Assembly: GCA_045803545.1 (NCBI GenBank) | Contig: JBJMOW010000005.1 | Span: 416,001 to 480,000, forward strand | DNA: 64,000 nt | Direction of reading: 5' to 3' | DNA from: Gemmatimonadaceae bacterium | Lineage (GTDB): Bacteria > Gemmatimonadota > Gemmatimonadetes > Gemmatimonadales > Gemmatimonadaceae | In this document: piece by piece, positions 39,504 through 48,089 of the stretch | Layout: each line of letters begins with the position of its first letter | Position numbering within the stretch: the stretch's first letter is position 1 | Notes under the pieces: generated by a model | What the model saw: only the letters and a program-made list of their open reading frames with translations | The model's database searches: none | What the model was told of the DNA's origin: nothing | Made by a program: the position numbers and the translations under genes

Positions 39504-40994
39504 TCAACGTGCGGGTCTGGACTCCACTTTTCGCCAGACGTAGTAAACCGGCACGCCGATCAGCACTATAACAAGGCCAGAGATAGCCTGAGCTCGCGTC
39601 TGGTCCGCGATCAAAAGAATTATCGCAATTGCGGATGCGAGAATGATGTACAGGGCTGGCAGAACTGGGTAGCCGACGGCTCGATATGGTCGCTCGGCAT
39701 CTGGCCGCGTCTGCCGCAGACGAAAGAGCCCGATAGTCGTAAGCGCATAAAACAACAGCGCGGCAAAGATGACGTAGTTCAGCAGCTGACCGTATGTGCC
39801 GGTCAAACACAGCAAGCTTGTCCAGATGGATTGCGCGATCAGTGCCGCCGCCGGGACGTTGTGTTTGTTGAGATCGCCTGTCTTGCGGAAGAAGACTTTG
39901 TCACGAGCCATGGCGTAATAAACTCGCGCGCCGGAAAGAATCAGCCCGTTGTTGCAACCGAACGTGGAAATGAGAATCGCGACAGCGATGATCGACGCAC
40001 CGGCAGCGCCGAAAATGGTTTCGGCAAACGCGCTGGCAACGCGATCCTGTGTCGCGTACTGAATCCCGCGCTCCATCACCGTCGACCCGTTCGCGGAACC
40101 GTGCAGTGGCAGCGCGTTCAGGTAGGCGACGTTTGCCAGGAGATACAGCAGACAAACGAGTCCGGTGCCATAGAGGAGTGCGCGCGGCAAATTGCGCTGA
40201 GGCGAATGCACTTCCGCCGCCGCGAACGTAACATTGTTCCACGCGTCGCTGGAGAACAGTGAGCCGACCAGCGCCGATCCAAATCCAACGATGAACACCG
40301 GCGTCAGCGCGACTGGGTTGAAGTTGCCGCCCGAGAAATTCGCGGTGATCGCCTCTGCGTGCCGCCCCACCGTCAAACCGAGAAGGATCAGCGCAATCAA
40401 CGAGACAGTCTTGATGACTGTCAGTGTCGTCTGCACCCACTTGCCTTCCTTGATCCCCCGCAGATTGATCCAGGTCAAAACCCAGATCGAGACGAGCGCG
40501 ACAAGGCGTTGCGGCGACAGGCCTAGTTCAATTGCGCCGCCTGCGGTCGTAAAGTCCATCTGCGGAAACCAGCCGTAGCGGACCGGACTGAACGCGGGCC
40601 ACAGTACACCGAGATACTTCCCAAAAGCCACCGCGACCGCGGCAATCGTACCCGTCTGAATTACGACGAAGAGGGTCCAACCATAAAGAAAGCCCATGAG
40701 GTGACCCATGGACTCTCTAAGAAAAACGTATTGCCCACCTGCTCGTGGATACATCGCCGCGAGCTCACCGTAGGTAAGAGCGCCGAGGATGGTCACCACA
40801 CCCGACACCACCCACGCCATGAGGAGCCAGAACGGCGAGTTTACGGTCCGCGAGATGTCCGCGGCCACGATGAAAATACCCGAGCCGATCATCGACCCCG
40901 CGACCAGCATGGTCGCGTCGGTCAGTGTCAGCGCTTTGACAAACTCGCGCGACGATGGGGCGGTCGATTCGGCCGTGGCTGTCGTGGATGTCAA
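39504..40994 (-). CDS. APC-family amino acid permease (LAT/SteT-like)
   Basis: GSMIGSGIF, PRAGGQYVFL, SGARVYYAMARD. Confidence 0.93.
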   Translation of the reverse strand: MTSTTATAESTAPSSREFVKALTLTDATMLVAGSMIGSGIFIVAADISRTVNSPFWLLMAWVVSGVVTILGALTYGELAAMYPRAGGQYVFLRESMGHLMGFLYGWTLFVVIQTGTIAAVAVAFGKYLGVLWPAFSPVRYGWFPQMDFTTAGGAIELGLSPQRLVALVSIWVLTWINLRGIKEGKWVQTTLTVIKTVSLIALILLGLTVGRHAEAITANFSGGNFNPVALTPVFIVGFGSALVGSLFSSDAWNNVTFAAAEVHSPQRNLPRALLYGTGLVCLLYLLANVAYLNALPLHGSANGSTVMERGIQYATQDRVASAFAETIFGAAGASIIAVAILISTFGCNNGLILSGARVYYAMARDKVFFRKTGDLNKHNVPAAALIAQSIWTSLLCLTGTYGQLLNYVIFAALLFYALTTIGLFRLRQTRPDAERPYRAVGYPVLPALYIILASAIAIILLIADQTRAQAISGLVIVLIGVPVYYVWRKVESRPAR

Positions 40995-41084
40995 AGCTTG
41001 TCCGGGGCCTCGTTAGGCGGGTAGGGTTCCTCCTCGCTCGCGGGCGAAAGCTACGGCCGCAGCCAGGGTTTTTCCAGTGAGCTT

Positions 41085-41149
41085 GACTGCGGACAACTGC
41101 AACGGAACGGGATGCGGGTTCCCGGTCGCTGGTTACCGGTTGTCGGTTC
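41085..41149 (+). repeat. Left arm of a 65-bp inverted repeat flanking the four-helix-bundle gene
   Basis: Outer 36 nt (gactgcggacaactgcaacggaacgggatgcgggtt) are the exact reverse complement of 41655-41690; 59/65 overall by manual alignment. Confidence 0.93.
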
Positions 41150-41238
41150 TAGACGCATTGGGTGGGCATGCCAACTATTGTACTGAGAGGCGATAGAGTA
41201 ATGGCGCGGAATACGCCACTCGTGTGTACGCTCGATAC

Positions 41239-41649
41239 GTGAGCGACTATAAGAAGCTTGATGTGTGGGAATACGCCCACGCCCTCGTACTCAATGTCCA
41301 CGGAGCAGCAAAGGAAATCCGCGGCGCTGAGGTTCTCTCGCTAAAGAGCCAAATGACTCGGGCCGCCATGTCGATTCCGACTAATCTCGTGGAAGGATGC
41401 GGGCAGCAGAGCGCGCGCGAATTCGGCCGGTTTATAAAAATTTCGCTCAACTCGGCATCAGAGCTAGAGTACCAACTACTCCTCGCGCGAGACCTCGACG
41501 CGTTGCGTGAAGAAGCCTACAGATCACTCACCGATCAGACAGTCCGGGTGAGGAAGATGTTGTACGGCCTGCTGAAGAGCCTCTCGCGGCAGCCGTCGAA
41601 GCCGCCAACCACAATCGACGGACCGGAACCGACAACCCGCAACCCGTAA
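41239..41649 (+). CDS. Four-helix-bundle protein (23S rRNA IVP / TIGR02436-like)
   Basis: DYKKLDVWEYAHAL, SQMTRAAMSIPTNLVEG, FIKISLNSASELEYQLLLARDL. Start GTG 41239 (alternative 41224). Confidence 0.92.
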   Translation: MSDYKKLDVWEYAHALVLNVHGAAKEIRGAEVLSLKSQMTRAAMSIPTNLVEGCGQQSAREFGRFIKISLNSASELEYQLLLARDLDALREEAYRSLTDQTVRVRKMLYGLLKSLSRQPSKPPTTIDGPEPTTRNP

Positions 41650-41690
41650 CCGGCAACCCGCATCCCGTTCCGTTGCAGTTGTCCGCAGTC
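41626..41690 (-). repeat. Right arm of the 65-bp inverted repeat
   Basis: gaaccgacaacccgcaacccgtaaccggcaacccgcatcccgttccgttgcagttgtccgcagtc; contains the gene's TAA and ends exactly at the neighbour's TAG. Confidence 0.93.
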
Positions 41691-42431
41691 CTAAAAGATT
41701 ATCTCGATTTCGGCGGTGTCACGTTTGGGTGTTCCGTCAAACCTCACTCCGGGTCTAAAACGCATCGATCTCAAAACCTCACCCACCCGCTTGTTGTAAT
41801 CTCCATCGCGGGTCTGATTGAAGCCGATCAACTTCGCGTTCCCTTTCTCGTCCACATCGAAGAACGCTTTCATGTGGAAGCCTTTCACGCTCGATGGAGC
41901 GGGCATCGGCGGAATGAAAAGATCTCGCACCGTCGGCGGATAATCCTTACCAGGCCCGCCACCGGTCCCTGGCCCGACTGAGCTACCGCGACCAGTTCCT
42001 TCACCCGACCCGACGCCGCCACCCGTGCCCGGGCCAGCGCCGGGAGTGTTGCTGTTGCCTGTTCCCTCGCCCGCTGCAGCAGCGTTGATCTGAGGTGCCG
42101 GAACGACTTGCTGCGCCGGTTGAACCGGTGTCTCGACCGGCGGCTTCGGGTCAGGCGGTTTCACGGGTGGTACCGTCTGCGGTGTGACCTTGGGCATCAC
42201 CGTCGGATCCCGCTTCACCTGTACGAACTCGATCCGCTCTTCCCGCGACGACATGCCGTTCACCCCGCCGCCACCGCCACCTGCGGGTCCGGGACCACCT
42301 CCACCGAGCACGTCAGATCGCGTGAAATCGGACGAGCCGACGATTGGGCCAATAATGAGAAAAAGGATCAATGCGTGCACCAGCAGCGACGCAATGATCC
42401 CTTTCCAATCCCTTTCCTTCCGCCGCGGCAT
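41691..42431 (-). CDS. TonB/TolA-like energy transducer with Gly/Pro-rich linker
   Basis: SLLVHAL TM motif, Pro- and Gly-rich spacer, C-terminal FDVDEKG...MRFRPG. Confidence 0.75.
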   Translation of the reverse strand: MPRRKERDWKGIIASLLVHALILFLIIGPIVGSSDFTRSDVLGGGGPGPAGGGGGGVNGMSSREERIEFVQVKRDPTVMPKVTPQTVPPVKPPDPKPPVETPVQPAQQVVPAPQINAAAAGEGTGNSNTPGAGPGTGGGVGSGEGTGRGSSVGPGTGGGPGKDYPPTVRDLFIPPMPAPSSVKGFHMKAFFDVDEKGNAKLIGFNQTRDGDYNKRVGEVLRSMRFRPGVRFDGTPKRDTAEIEIIF

Positions 42432-42454
42432 TTCCAGCCGCGGAAGACGAGTAG

Positions 42455-42868
42455 CTATTTCACTTCCTTCGGAGTGGCGCCAATGACCTTCACGCCCGCA
42501 CCGCGCGAGACGTCCATTGCGTAAATCACATCCGCGTACTTAACCGTCGGATCGCCCTTGATGAAAATGATCTTGTCCGGACGCGGATCGAAGATGTCCT
42601 TCAGGCGCTTCGGCAGATCATTCTTCGCAATTGGCTGCGAGTTGACCTTGAAGACGTTGCCCGGAAGAACTTCCAGCACGATCTGCGACGGCGGTGGTCC
42701 TTGCGGCGTGTTGTCCGGTGTCGGATCAGGCAGCTGCAGATCGATCGCCTTACGCGACATCGGAATGACCATCATGAAGATGATCAACAGCACCAGCAGC
42801 ACGTCGATCATCGGTGTGACGTTGATTTCGTTCTGGAGCCCTTCGCTCCCGCCTCCGCCCATTGCCAT
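42455..42868 (-). CDS. exbD: ExbD/TolR biopolymer transport protein
   Basis: EINVTPMIDVLLVLLIIFM. Confidence 0.92.
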   Translation of the reverse strand: MAMGGGGSEGLQNEINVTPMIDVLLVLLIIFMMVIPMSRKAIDLQLPDPTPDNTPQGPPPSQIVLEVLPGNVFKVNSQPIAKNDLPKRLKDIFDPRPDKIIFIKGDPTVKYADVIYAMDVSRGAGVKVIGATPKEVK

Positions 42869-43341
42869 TATTTCTTCCCTCCGGCCGCGGGCGCGTTGAA
42901 CAGGTTATCGGCCGAAACCGCGGACACCGTTCCTGGCCTCTGTTCAGTGATCATCCCGGTCACGCGTACATCGTTGTGCGCCGCGATGTCGATTGCATCG
43001 AGAACCTTGCCGTACGCCAAATTCTTATCGGCTTTGACGTAGAGGAGCTTGTCCTCGGTTCTGTTTTCGAAAATGCCCTTGAGCCGCTCGCCAAGCTCGG
43101 CGTTGGGAATGGGTTTTTTGTTCAGATAATACTGACCGTTTACGTCGATACCGAGAACCTGATCCTGATCCTCTTCCGGGTGCGGCTTCAGGTTTACGCC
43201 GTTTGGCGGTATCGCCTGAAATCCCGCGGTGATCGCCGGGATAACGAGCATGAAGATGATCAGCAGCACCAGCATTACGTCGATCATCGGCGTCACGTTC
43301 GGCGACGCCTTTACACCTGCACTTCCGGCAGACATTGCCAT
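42868..43341 (-). CDS. exbD: ExbD/TolR biopolymer transport protein (second copy)
   Basis: PNVTPMIDVMLVLLIIFM, KADKNLAYG. Confidence 0.92.
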   Translation of the reverse strand: MAMSAGSAGVKASPNVTPMIDVMLVLLIIFMLVIPAITAGFQAIPPNGVNLKPHPEEDQDQVLGIDVNGQYYLNKKPIPNAELGERLKGIFENRTEDKLLYVKADKNLAYGKVLDAIDIAAHNDVRVTGMITEQRPGTVSAVSADNLFNAPAAGGKK

Positions 43342-43358
43342 GAGTCAGCCCTCCCGCG

Positions 43359-44105
43359 CTACTGCGAGATTGGGTTATTTCCAGCCGTCGCCGTGGTGTT
43401 GAACTCGCGGGTGAAACGCGAACGACCAAACTCGCCGGTGCCCGAGACGTTCTTGATCATATAGTCGATCATTTCCTTCGACGTATACGTCATCTCGGCG
43501 GTGAGGTTGTCGATCTTGATCTGGAAGTAGTTGAAGAGCCACACCGCCGGAATCGCGACGACGAGACCGAACGCGGTTGTGATTAGCGCTTCGGACACAC
43601 CAGAGGAGATCGAGGCAAGACCACCGGAACCGGACGCTGCCATTGCGGCGAACGAGTTCACGATTCCCATCGTGGTGCCGAGCAGTCCGACGAACGGCGC
43701 CGTTGCGCCGACGGTCGCCAGAACGCCCAGGCCGCGCTTCAGATCGGTAATCGTCATCAGCATTTCGCGCTCGATTGCGCGCTCTGCCGAGTTGATGTCG
43801 GCGACTGTTACCGAGCCGTCCTGAATTAGCGGGCGGATCTCGGTGAGGGCGCCACCAAGAACGCGTGCGACGTGCGACTTCTTGTATTTGTCAGCGAGAG
43901 TGACCGCTTCGACGAGATTGTCTTCCTCGAGGAACTGGGAGAACTCGGGAGCGAACTTGCGGGTCTCGGCCTGCGCTTTACGCAAATCCCACCACTTTTT
44001 GATCGCTACTGAAAGCGACCAGATCGACATGATCGCAAGGACGTACACAATGCCCTTCGCGAAGTTGCCCATCTGGTTGTAAATGTCGAGCAATGACAGT
44101 TGCAT
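43359..44105 (-). CDS. exbB: ExbB/TolQ/MotA proton channel
   Basis: TAPFVGLLGT, SEALITTAFGLVVAIPA. Confidence 0.92.
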   Translation of the reverse strand: MQLSLLDIYNQMGNFAKGIVYVLAIMSIWSLSVAIKKWWDLRKAQAETRKFAPEFSQFLEEDNLVEAVTLADKYKKSHVARVLGGALTEIRPLIQDGSVTVADINSAERAIEREMLMTITDLKRGLGVLATVGATAPFVGLLGTTMGIVNSFAAMAASGSGGLASISSGVSEALITTAFGLVVAIPAVWLFNYFQIKIDNLTAEMTYTSKEMIDYMIKNVSGTGEFGRSRFTREFNTTATAGNNPISQ

Positions 44106-44130
44106 TGTTTACTCCGAAAAGGGGTTCGAA

Positions 44131-44838
44131 CTAGCGCGGAACTGCGAACTGGAAGGACTGCTGAACCAGCTGGTTGACCGGCTTGCCGCCGATCATTGCT
44201 GGGCTGAAGCGCATTCTGGGAAGCACGTTTTTGACCGCTTGGGTGAACAGCTCGTTGGTTGACTTCAACACCTTGAACGAGTCGTTGTCGGCCTTGCCGT
44301 CGCCCCTCACGACGAACTGCGCCTGAACCTCACCCGCAATGCCGGAGCTCTCGAGTACCGACGGATACTTGGGCTTCGGGCTGTCGGACAGCATTTCGGC
44401 AGGCTTCTCGACCTGGAACTCGAAGTACGTCTGATTGGTCACCGGACCAGTTCCGCCGACCACGCCGCTGCCGGTGCCGCCCTTCACACCTTTGCCACTA
44501 AAGTCGGCTTCGTTGGTAACGGCCTTGGAGAGATCGATCTCGGGGATCTTGATGTCGATCTTGACCGGAGCACGAAGCACCTGGAAGCCCTTCGGCGGCG
44601 GCGGCTTCACTACAACCTCTTTGGGCGGTGGCGGCTCGTCCACCTTCGGCTTGGGCGGCTCCTTTTTTACTTCGACGAACTGGATTTTCTCCGATTTCGC
44701 CTTTTCGTCCTTGATGCCCGCCTTCGCAGTGGCGTACACGGCACCGGAAATGAGCGCAGTGTGCAGAACCAGGCTGAAGATCGTACCACCAGCCATTTTC
44801 TGCTTGTTTGCTTTCGACTCGAGAAGTTGGTTAAACAT
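44131..44838 (-). CDS. tonB: Energy transducer TonB
   Basis: SLVLH TM, Lys/Pro-rich linker, PKYP...GEVQAQFVV...RFSPA. Confidence 0.9.
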   Translation of the reverse strand: MFNQLLESKANKQKMAGGTIFSLVLHTALISGAVYATAKAGIKDEKAKSEKIQFVEVKKEPPKPKVDEPPPPKEVVVKPPPPKGFQVLRAPVKIDIKIPEIDLSKAVTNEADFSGKGVKGGTGSGVVGGTGPVTNQTYFEFQVEKPAEMLSDSPKPKYPSVLESSGIAGEVQAQFVVRGDGKADNDSFKVLKSTNELFTQAVKNVLPRMRFSPAMIGGKPVNQLVQQSFQFAVPR

Positions 44839-45012
44839 TCCTCACCTTGGGGGGAAGTTCGTCTACTTAAGCTGCCCTTAACCGGAGTCCGGCGGAATAC
44901 CCACAAGATTAAGAATCAATGAAATAGTATTAACAAAACTCTAAAGTTTCTTCGCGCCTTGCGCGCGCGTATTGATAGAAAAACGACCTCTCGACTAGTT
45001 CCAACTCTGCGA

Positions 45013-45699
45013 TCAGCGACCCGTGATCGTGAAGACGAACGGCATCTGCACCAGCTGCCGCACCTTTCTCCCGCCAATCTCCGCCGGCACGAACCGCATT
45101 CGCTTTAGAACGTCTCGAACCGACGCTTCGAAGAGCGCATTGTCCGATTGCACGAATCGAACAGAGTCGGACTCGACCAATCCTCGCTCGTCCACGGTGA
45201 ACTGCGCAACGACTCTCCCTTCGACTCCGGCGACGCGCAGGGCTTCCGGGTATCTCGGCACTGCCGCGCCGGAGAGTAGAGTGACCTGTCGCTCAACCTG
45301 ATCGGCGTTGTATGTGCCGGTCAAGCTTCTTGCGGCGGCACTGTGATCAGATCCGCCAACGATCGTTTGCACGTTCGTGAAGTCGGTCGGTGAAGTTGGA
45401 GAGGGCGGTATGAAGTCGAGCGGTGGCAGCTTCGGATCGATGACGATGGGAACGTACCGATTCGCGGGCAGAGGCAGCGTGCTGTTGTGGGCAGGCTGTC
45501 GCTGTCTTGATTCACTCGGCGGCGCCTTCGGTACATACGGGACGATGACGAGTCTCTGCACCGGCATAGGCCGTGGTCGCGATTGCGCCGTCGCATGAAC
45601 GGCAATGACGATGATCGCGATATGAGCGGTGACACTCGTAACAACGCCAACCGGTGAGCGGCTCCGGCGGCCTTTGGATTCCAGCAATCGATCGAGCAT
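45013..45699 (-). CDS. tonB: Energy transducer TonB (paralog)
   Basis: SVTAH TM, PRYPEAL...GRVVAQFTVDERG...RFVPA. Confidence 0.88.
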   Translation of the reverse strand: MLDRLLESKGRRSRSPVGVVTSVTAHIAIIVIAVHATAQSRPRPMPVQRLVIVPYVPKAPPSESRQRQPAHNSTLPLPANRYVPIVIDPKLPPLDFIPPSPTSPTDFTNVQTIVGGSDHSAAARSLTGTYNADQVERQVTLLSGAAVPRYPEALRVAGVEGRVVAQFTVDERGLVESDSVRFVQSDNALFEASVRDVLKRMRFVPAEIGGRKVRQLVQMPFVFTITGR

Positions 45700-45842
45700 C
45701 TCTCCTCACTATGAGCTTTGCGCTAAGCTCGGAGAGAAGGCGCCCGCATCCAATAACGGTGCGATTAGCTGTACATGATTTTCAATTAACGCTTTCGTTA
45801 TCGGACGGTTAAGACGCTCTGCCTCCCGCCTCCCGCCTCCCG

Positions 45843-47300
45843 CTACGCTTTCTGTCCATCCCCCGAAAGCGGCAGCGTAACCGTGAACAAGCTGCCGCGA
45901 CCGAGTCGCGACGACGCGGTGAGTGTTCCGCCGTGCGCTTGCGCAATCCACTGGCTGATCGCGAGCCCCAGTCCGAAGCCGCCGCGCTCCGACATGCGCG
46001 AGCGCACGCGGTCTGCCCGCCAGAAGCGCTCGAAGATGTGTGGGAAATCCGCGGCCGAAATCCCGATGCCGGTGTCGCGCACCGCGAACGTGACGTTGTC
46101 TGGATGCCTTCCAAGTCCGATGTCGACCTTGCCGCCGGCGGGCGTGTACTTGATCGCATTGGTGACAAGGTTCAAAAAAAGCTGGCGCAGTCGGGTGCGG
46201 TCGCCCATCACCATCGCGTCGGCGGTAAATGGCAGATTGACCGCGACACCCTGCGCCTCGCCCAGAATGAGCGCCGTCTCGTAAACCTCCTGCACCAGCG
46301 GCTGTAGTTCGACCGGCTCACGGTGCAGATCGAACCGTCCTTCGTCCGCGCGCGCCAGCGTCAGCAGGCTTTCCACGAGATCGGTCATTCTGCGCACCTC
46401 CTGCAACGCTTCCTCGAGCGCCACCAGTCGCTCGTTCTGACTCGACGACTCGGTCATCGCACGCTCGACATCCGCCCGCAGCACTGCAAGAGGCGTCTTG
46501 AGCTCGTGACTCGCGTCGGCGGTGAAGCGCCGCAGTCCGGCAAATGAGGTCTCCAGACGCCCGATCATCGCGTTGAGTGTGGTCACCATGTCCGAGAAGT
46601 CGCTCGTCTCTTCACTCAGCGCGAGCCTTCGATGAAGACTGCGTCCGTCAGTGATCGCCGCAACCTCGGTGGTGATCTCCTGCAGCTGACGCTGATTCTT
46701 GCCGAGTACGAGGAAGGCGCCGACACCGGCCACCGCAATTATCAGCGGGACGATGAGAAGCGCGTCGAACATGTACTCCTGGGGAACGGTGCTGGCGCGA
46801 GTCGCGACTGCGCCCGATGCGAGACGGCTCAACCCACCGGGCACGCCCTCCAGCGACTTGGAGACAAAGAGCAGCTTTTCCTGTAGAGAGTCGAGGCCGA
46901 AGATCAGTGCTTCGCCCGACTTGGGCAGGTCGGCGAGCTGGGTCTGCAGGGTGTTCATGTCGCTTCCCTGCAGTCGCATGACATCGGCGGAGCGGTATAC
47001 CGCCCTGCCTGCCGTATCGACCACTACTATATAACCAGGTATCGACTGGAGCCGGTCGACGATCCTCGGCGACAGCAGTGGAATGATTGCCGTGTCGTTT
47101 GCCGCCATCACCTTCTCGCCGGACTGCGCGGCGTCGGCGATCACACGAGCCGCGAGATCGCCCTGCGCTGCCGCGTATTGCGCGATGTCGTGGTAGACCG
47201 CGTTGTTCCTCGCCGCAAGCAACGCCAGGAAGAGCGTCATCGTTACCGCAGCGAGCCCGACGATGAACGCCGCGGTGAGTTTGACGCGTGTCGAGATCAT
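45843..47300 (-). CDS. Sensor histidine kinase (2 TM, HAMP, HisKA, HATPase)
   Basis: FTADASHELKTPL, NLVTNAIKYT, DTGIGI, GGFGLGL. Confidence 0.95.
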   Translation of the reverse strand: MISTRVKLTAAFIVGLAAVTMTLFLALLAARNNAVYHDIAQYAAAQGDLAARVIADAAQSGEKVMAANDTAIIPLLSPRIVDRLQSIPGYIVVVDTAGRAVYRSADVMRLQGSDMNTLQTQLADLPKSGEALIFGLDSLQEKLLFVSKSLEGVPGGLSRLASGAVATRASTVPQEYMFDALLIVPLIIAVAGVGAFLVLGKNQRQLQEITTEVAAITDGRSLHRRLALSEETSDFSDMVTTLNAMIGRLETSFAGLRRFTADASHELKTPLAVLRADVERAMTESSSQNERLVALEEALQEVRRMTDLVESLLTLARADEGRFDLHREPVELQPLVQEVYETALILGEAQGVAVNLPFTADAMVMGDRTRLRQLFLNLVTNAIKYTPAGGKVDIGLGRHPDNVTFAVRDTGIGISAADFPHIFERFWRADRVRSRMSERGGFGLGLAISQWIAQAHGGTLTASSRLGRGSLFTVTLPLSGDGQKA

Positions 47301-47303
47301 CGG

Positions 47304-47996
47304 CTATCCCGCCTTCGGAGCCGCGCTCTCCTCGCGGATAACGTAGCCGACGCCGCGAATAGTATGAATGAGCTTTCGATTGCTGTTAGCGTCGATCTTC
47401 TTGCGCAAATGGTTGATCACCACGTCCACGATATTGGTGCCTGGATCGAAGTGATACCCCCAGGCGTACTCGGTGATCAGCGTGCGGCTCATGACTCGGC
47501 CGGCATGCCTGATCAGATATTCAAGCACGGTGTATTCCTTCGGCGTGAGTTCGATCGGAATGCCACCTCGCGTGACTTCACGGGTATCGAGGTTCACAGA
47601 GAGGTCGGCGATCTTGAGCACCGGTGTCATCCGCGCGCGTGGCCGGCGCGAAAGGGCTTCGACGCGCGCCAACAGCTCTTCGAACGCAAATGGCTTGGTG
47701 ACGTAATCGTCGGCACCGGCGCGCAACGTCTCGACCTTTGAGTCGACCGCGTCTTGCGCGGTGAGGATGAGAACGGGGCGATCGAATCCGCGCGCGCGCA
47801 GATCATGCAGCACCTGAGCGCCGGATTTTCCGGGCAATCGCATGTCGAGCACGATCACGTCATACTCTTCGGCGATCGCGCGTGCTTCTCCATCGTCGCC
47901 GTTGGCGACGAGGTCGACACCCCATCGCTGCTCCTCAAAACCGCGCTTGACGAACTGACCGACGGTCGGATCGTCCTCGATCACAAGAATTCTCAT
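47304..47996 (-). CDS. OmpR-family response regulator
   Basis: LVIEDD, GADDYVTKPF, ELTPKE, IHTIRGVGY. Confidence 0.95.
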   Translation of the reverse strand: MRILVIEDDPTVGQFVKRGFEEQRWGVDLVANGDDGEARAIAEEYDVIVLDMRLPGKSGAQVLHDLRARGFDRPVLILTAQDAVDSKVETLRAGADDYVTKPFAFEELLARVEALSRRPRARMTPVLKIADLSVNLDTREVTRGGIPIELTPKEYTVLEYLIRHAGRVMSRTLITEYAWGYHFDPGTNIVDVVINHLRKKIDANSNRKLIHTIRGVGYVIREESAAPKAG

Positions 47997-48019
47997 GCAG
48001 CCCGGAAAGTTTATCGCAG

Positions 48020-48048
48020 AAAAAAGGCGGAAGTGCGCTACCGCCTTT
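48020..48048 (-). terminator. Intrinsic terminator after minor-pilin cluster B
   Basis: AAAGGCGG-10nt-CCGCCTTT followed by a T-tract on the minus strand. Confidence 0.65.
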
Positions 48049-48089
48049 CCGCCAAGATATACACCGGCTACCGACCCTTCAACGCGGCA

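Noticed and set aside
41202..41216. Sigma-54 promoter for the four-helix-bundle gene (TGGCGCG...TACGC)
   Set aside because: Spacing is right but the -12 box is poor; too likely by chance in GC-rich DNA.
41085..41690. Autonomous IS element or DGR
   Set aside because: The ORF has no transposase motifs, there is no target-site duplication, and no reverse transcriptase or TR/VR pair is in the window.
48034..48045. ops-like GGCGGTAG on the minus strand
   Set aside because: It is part of a terminator stem, lacks the downstream TG, and is not in a long-operon leader.
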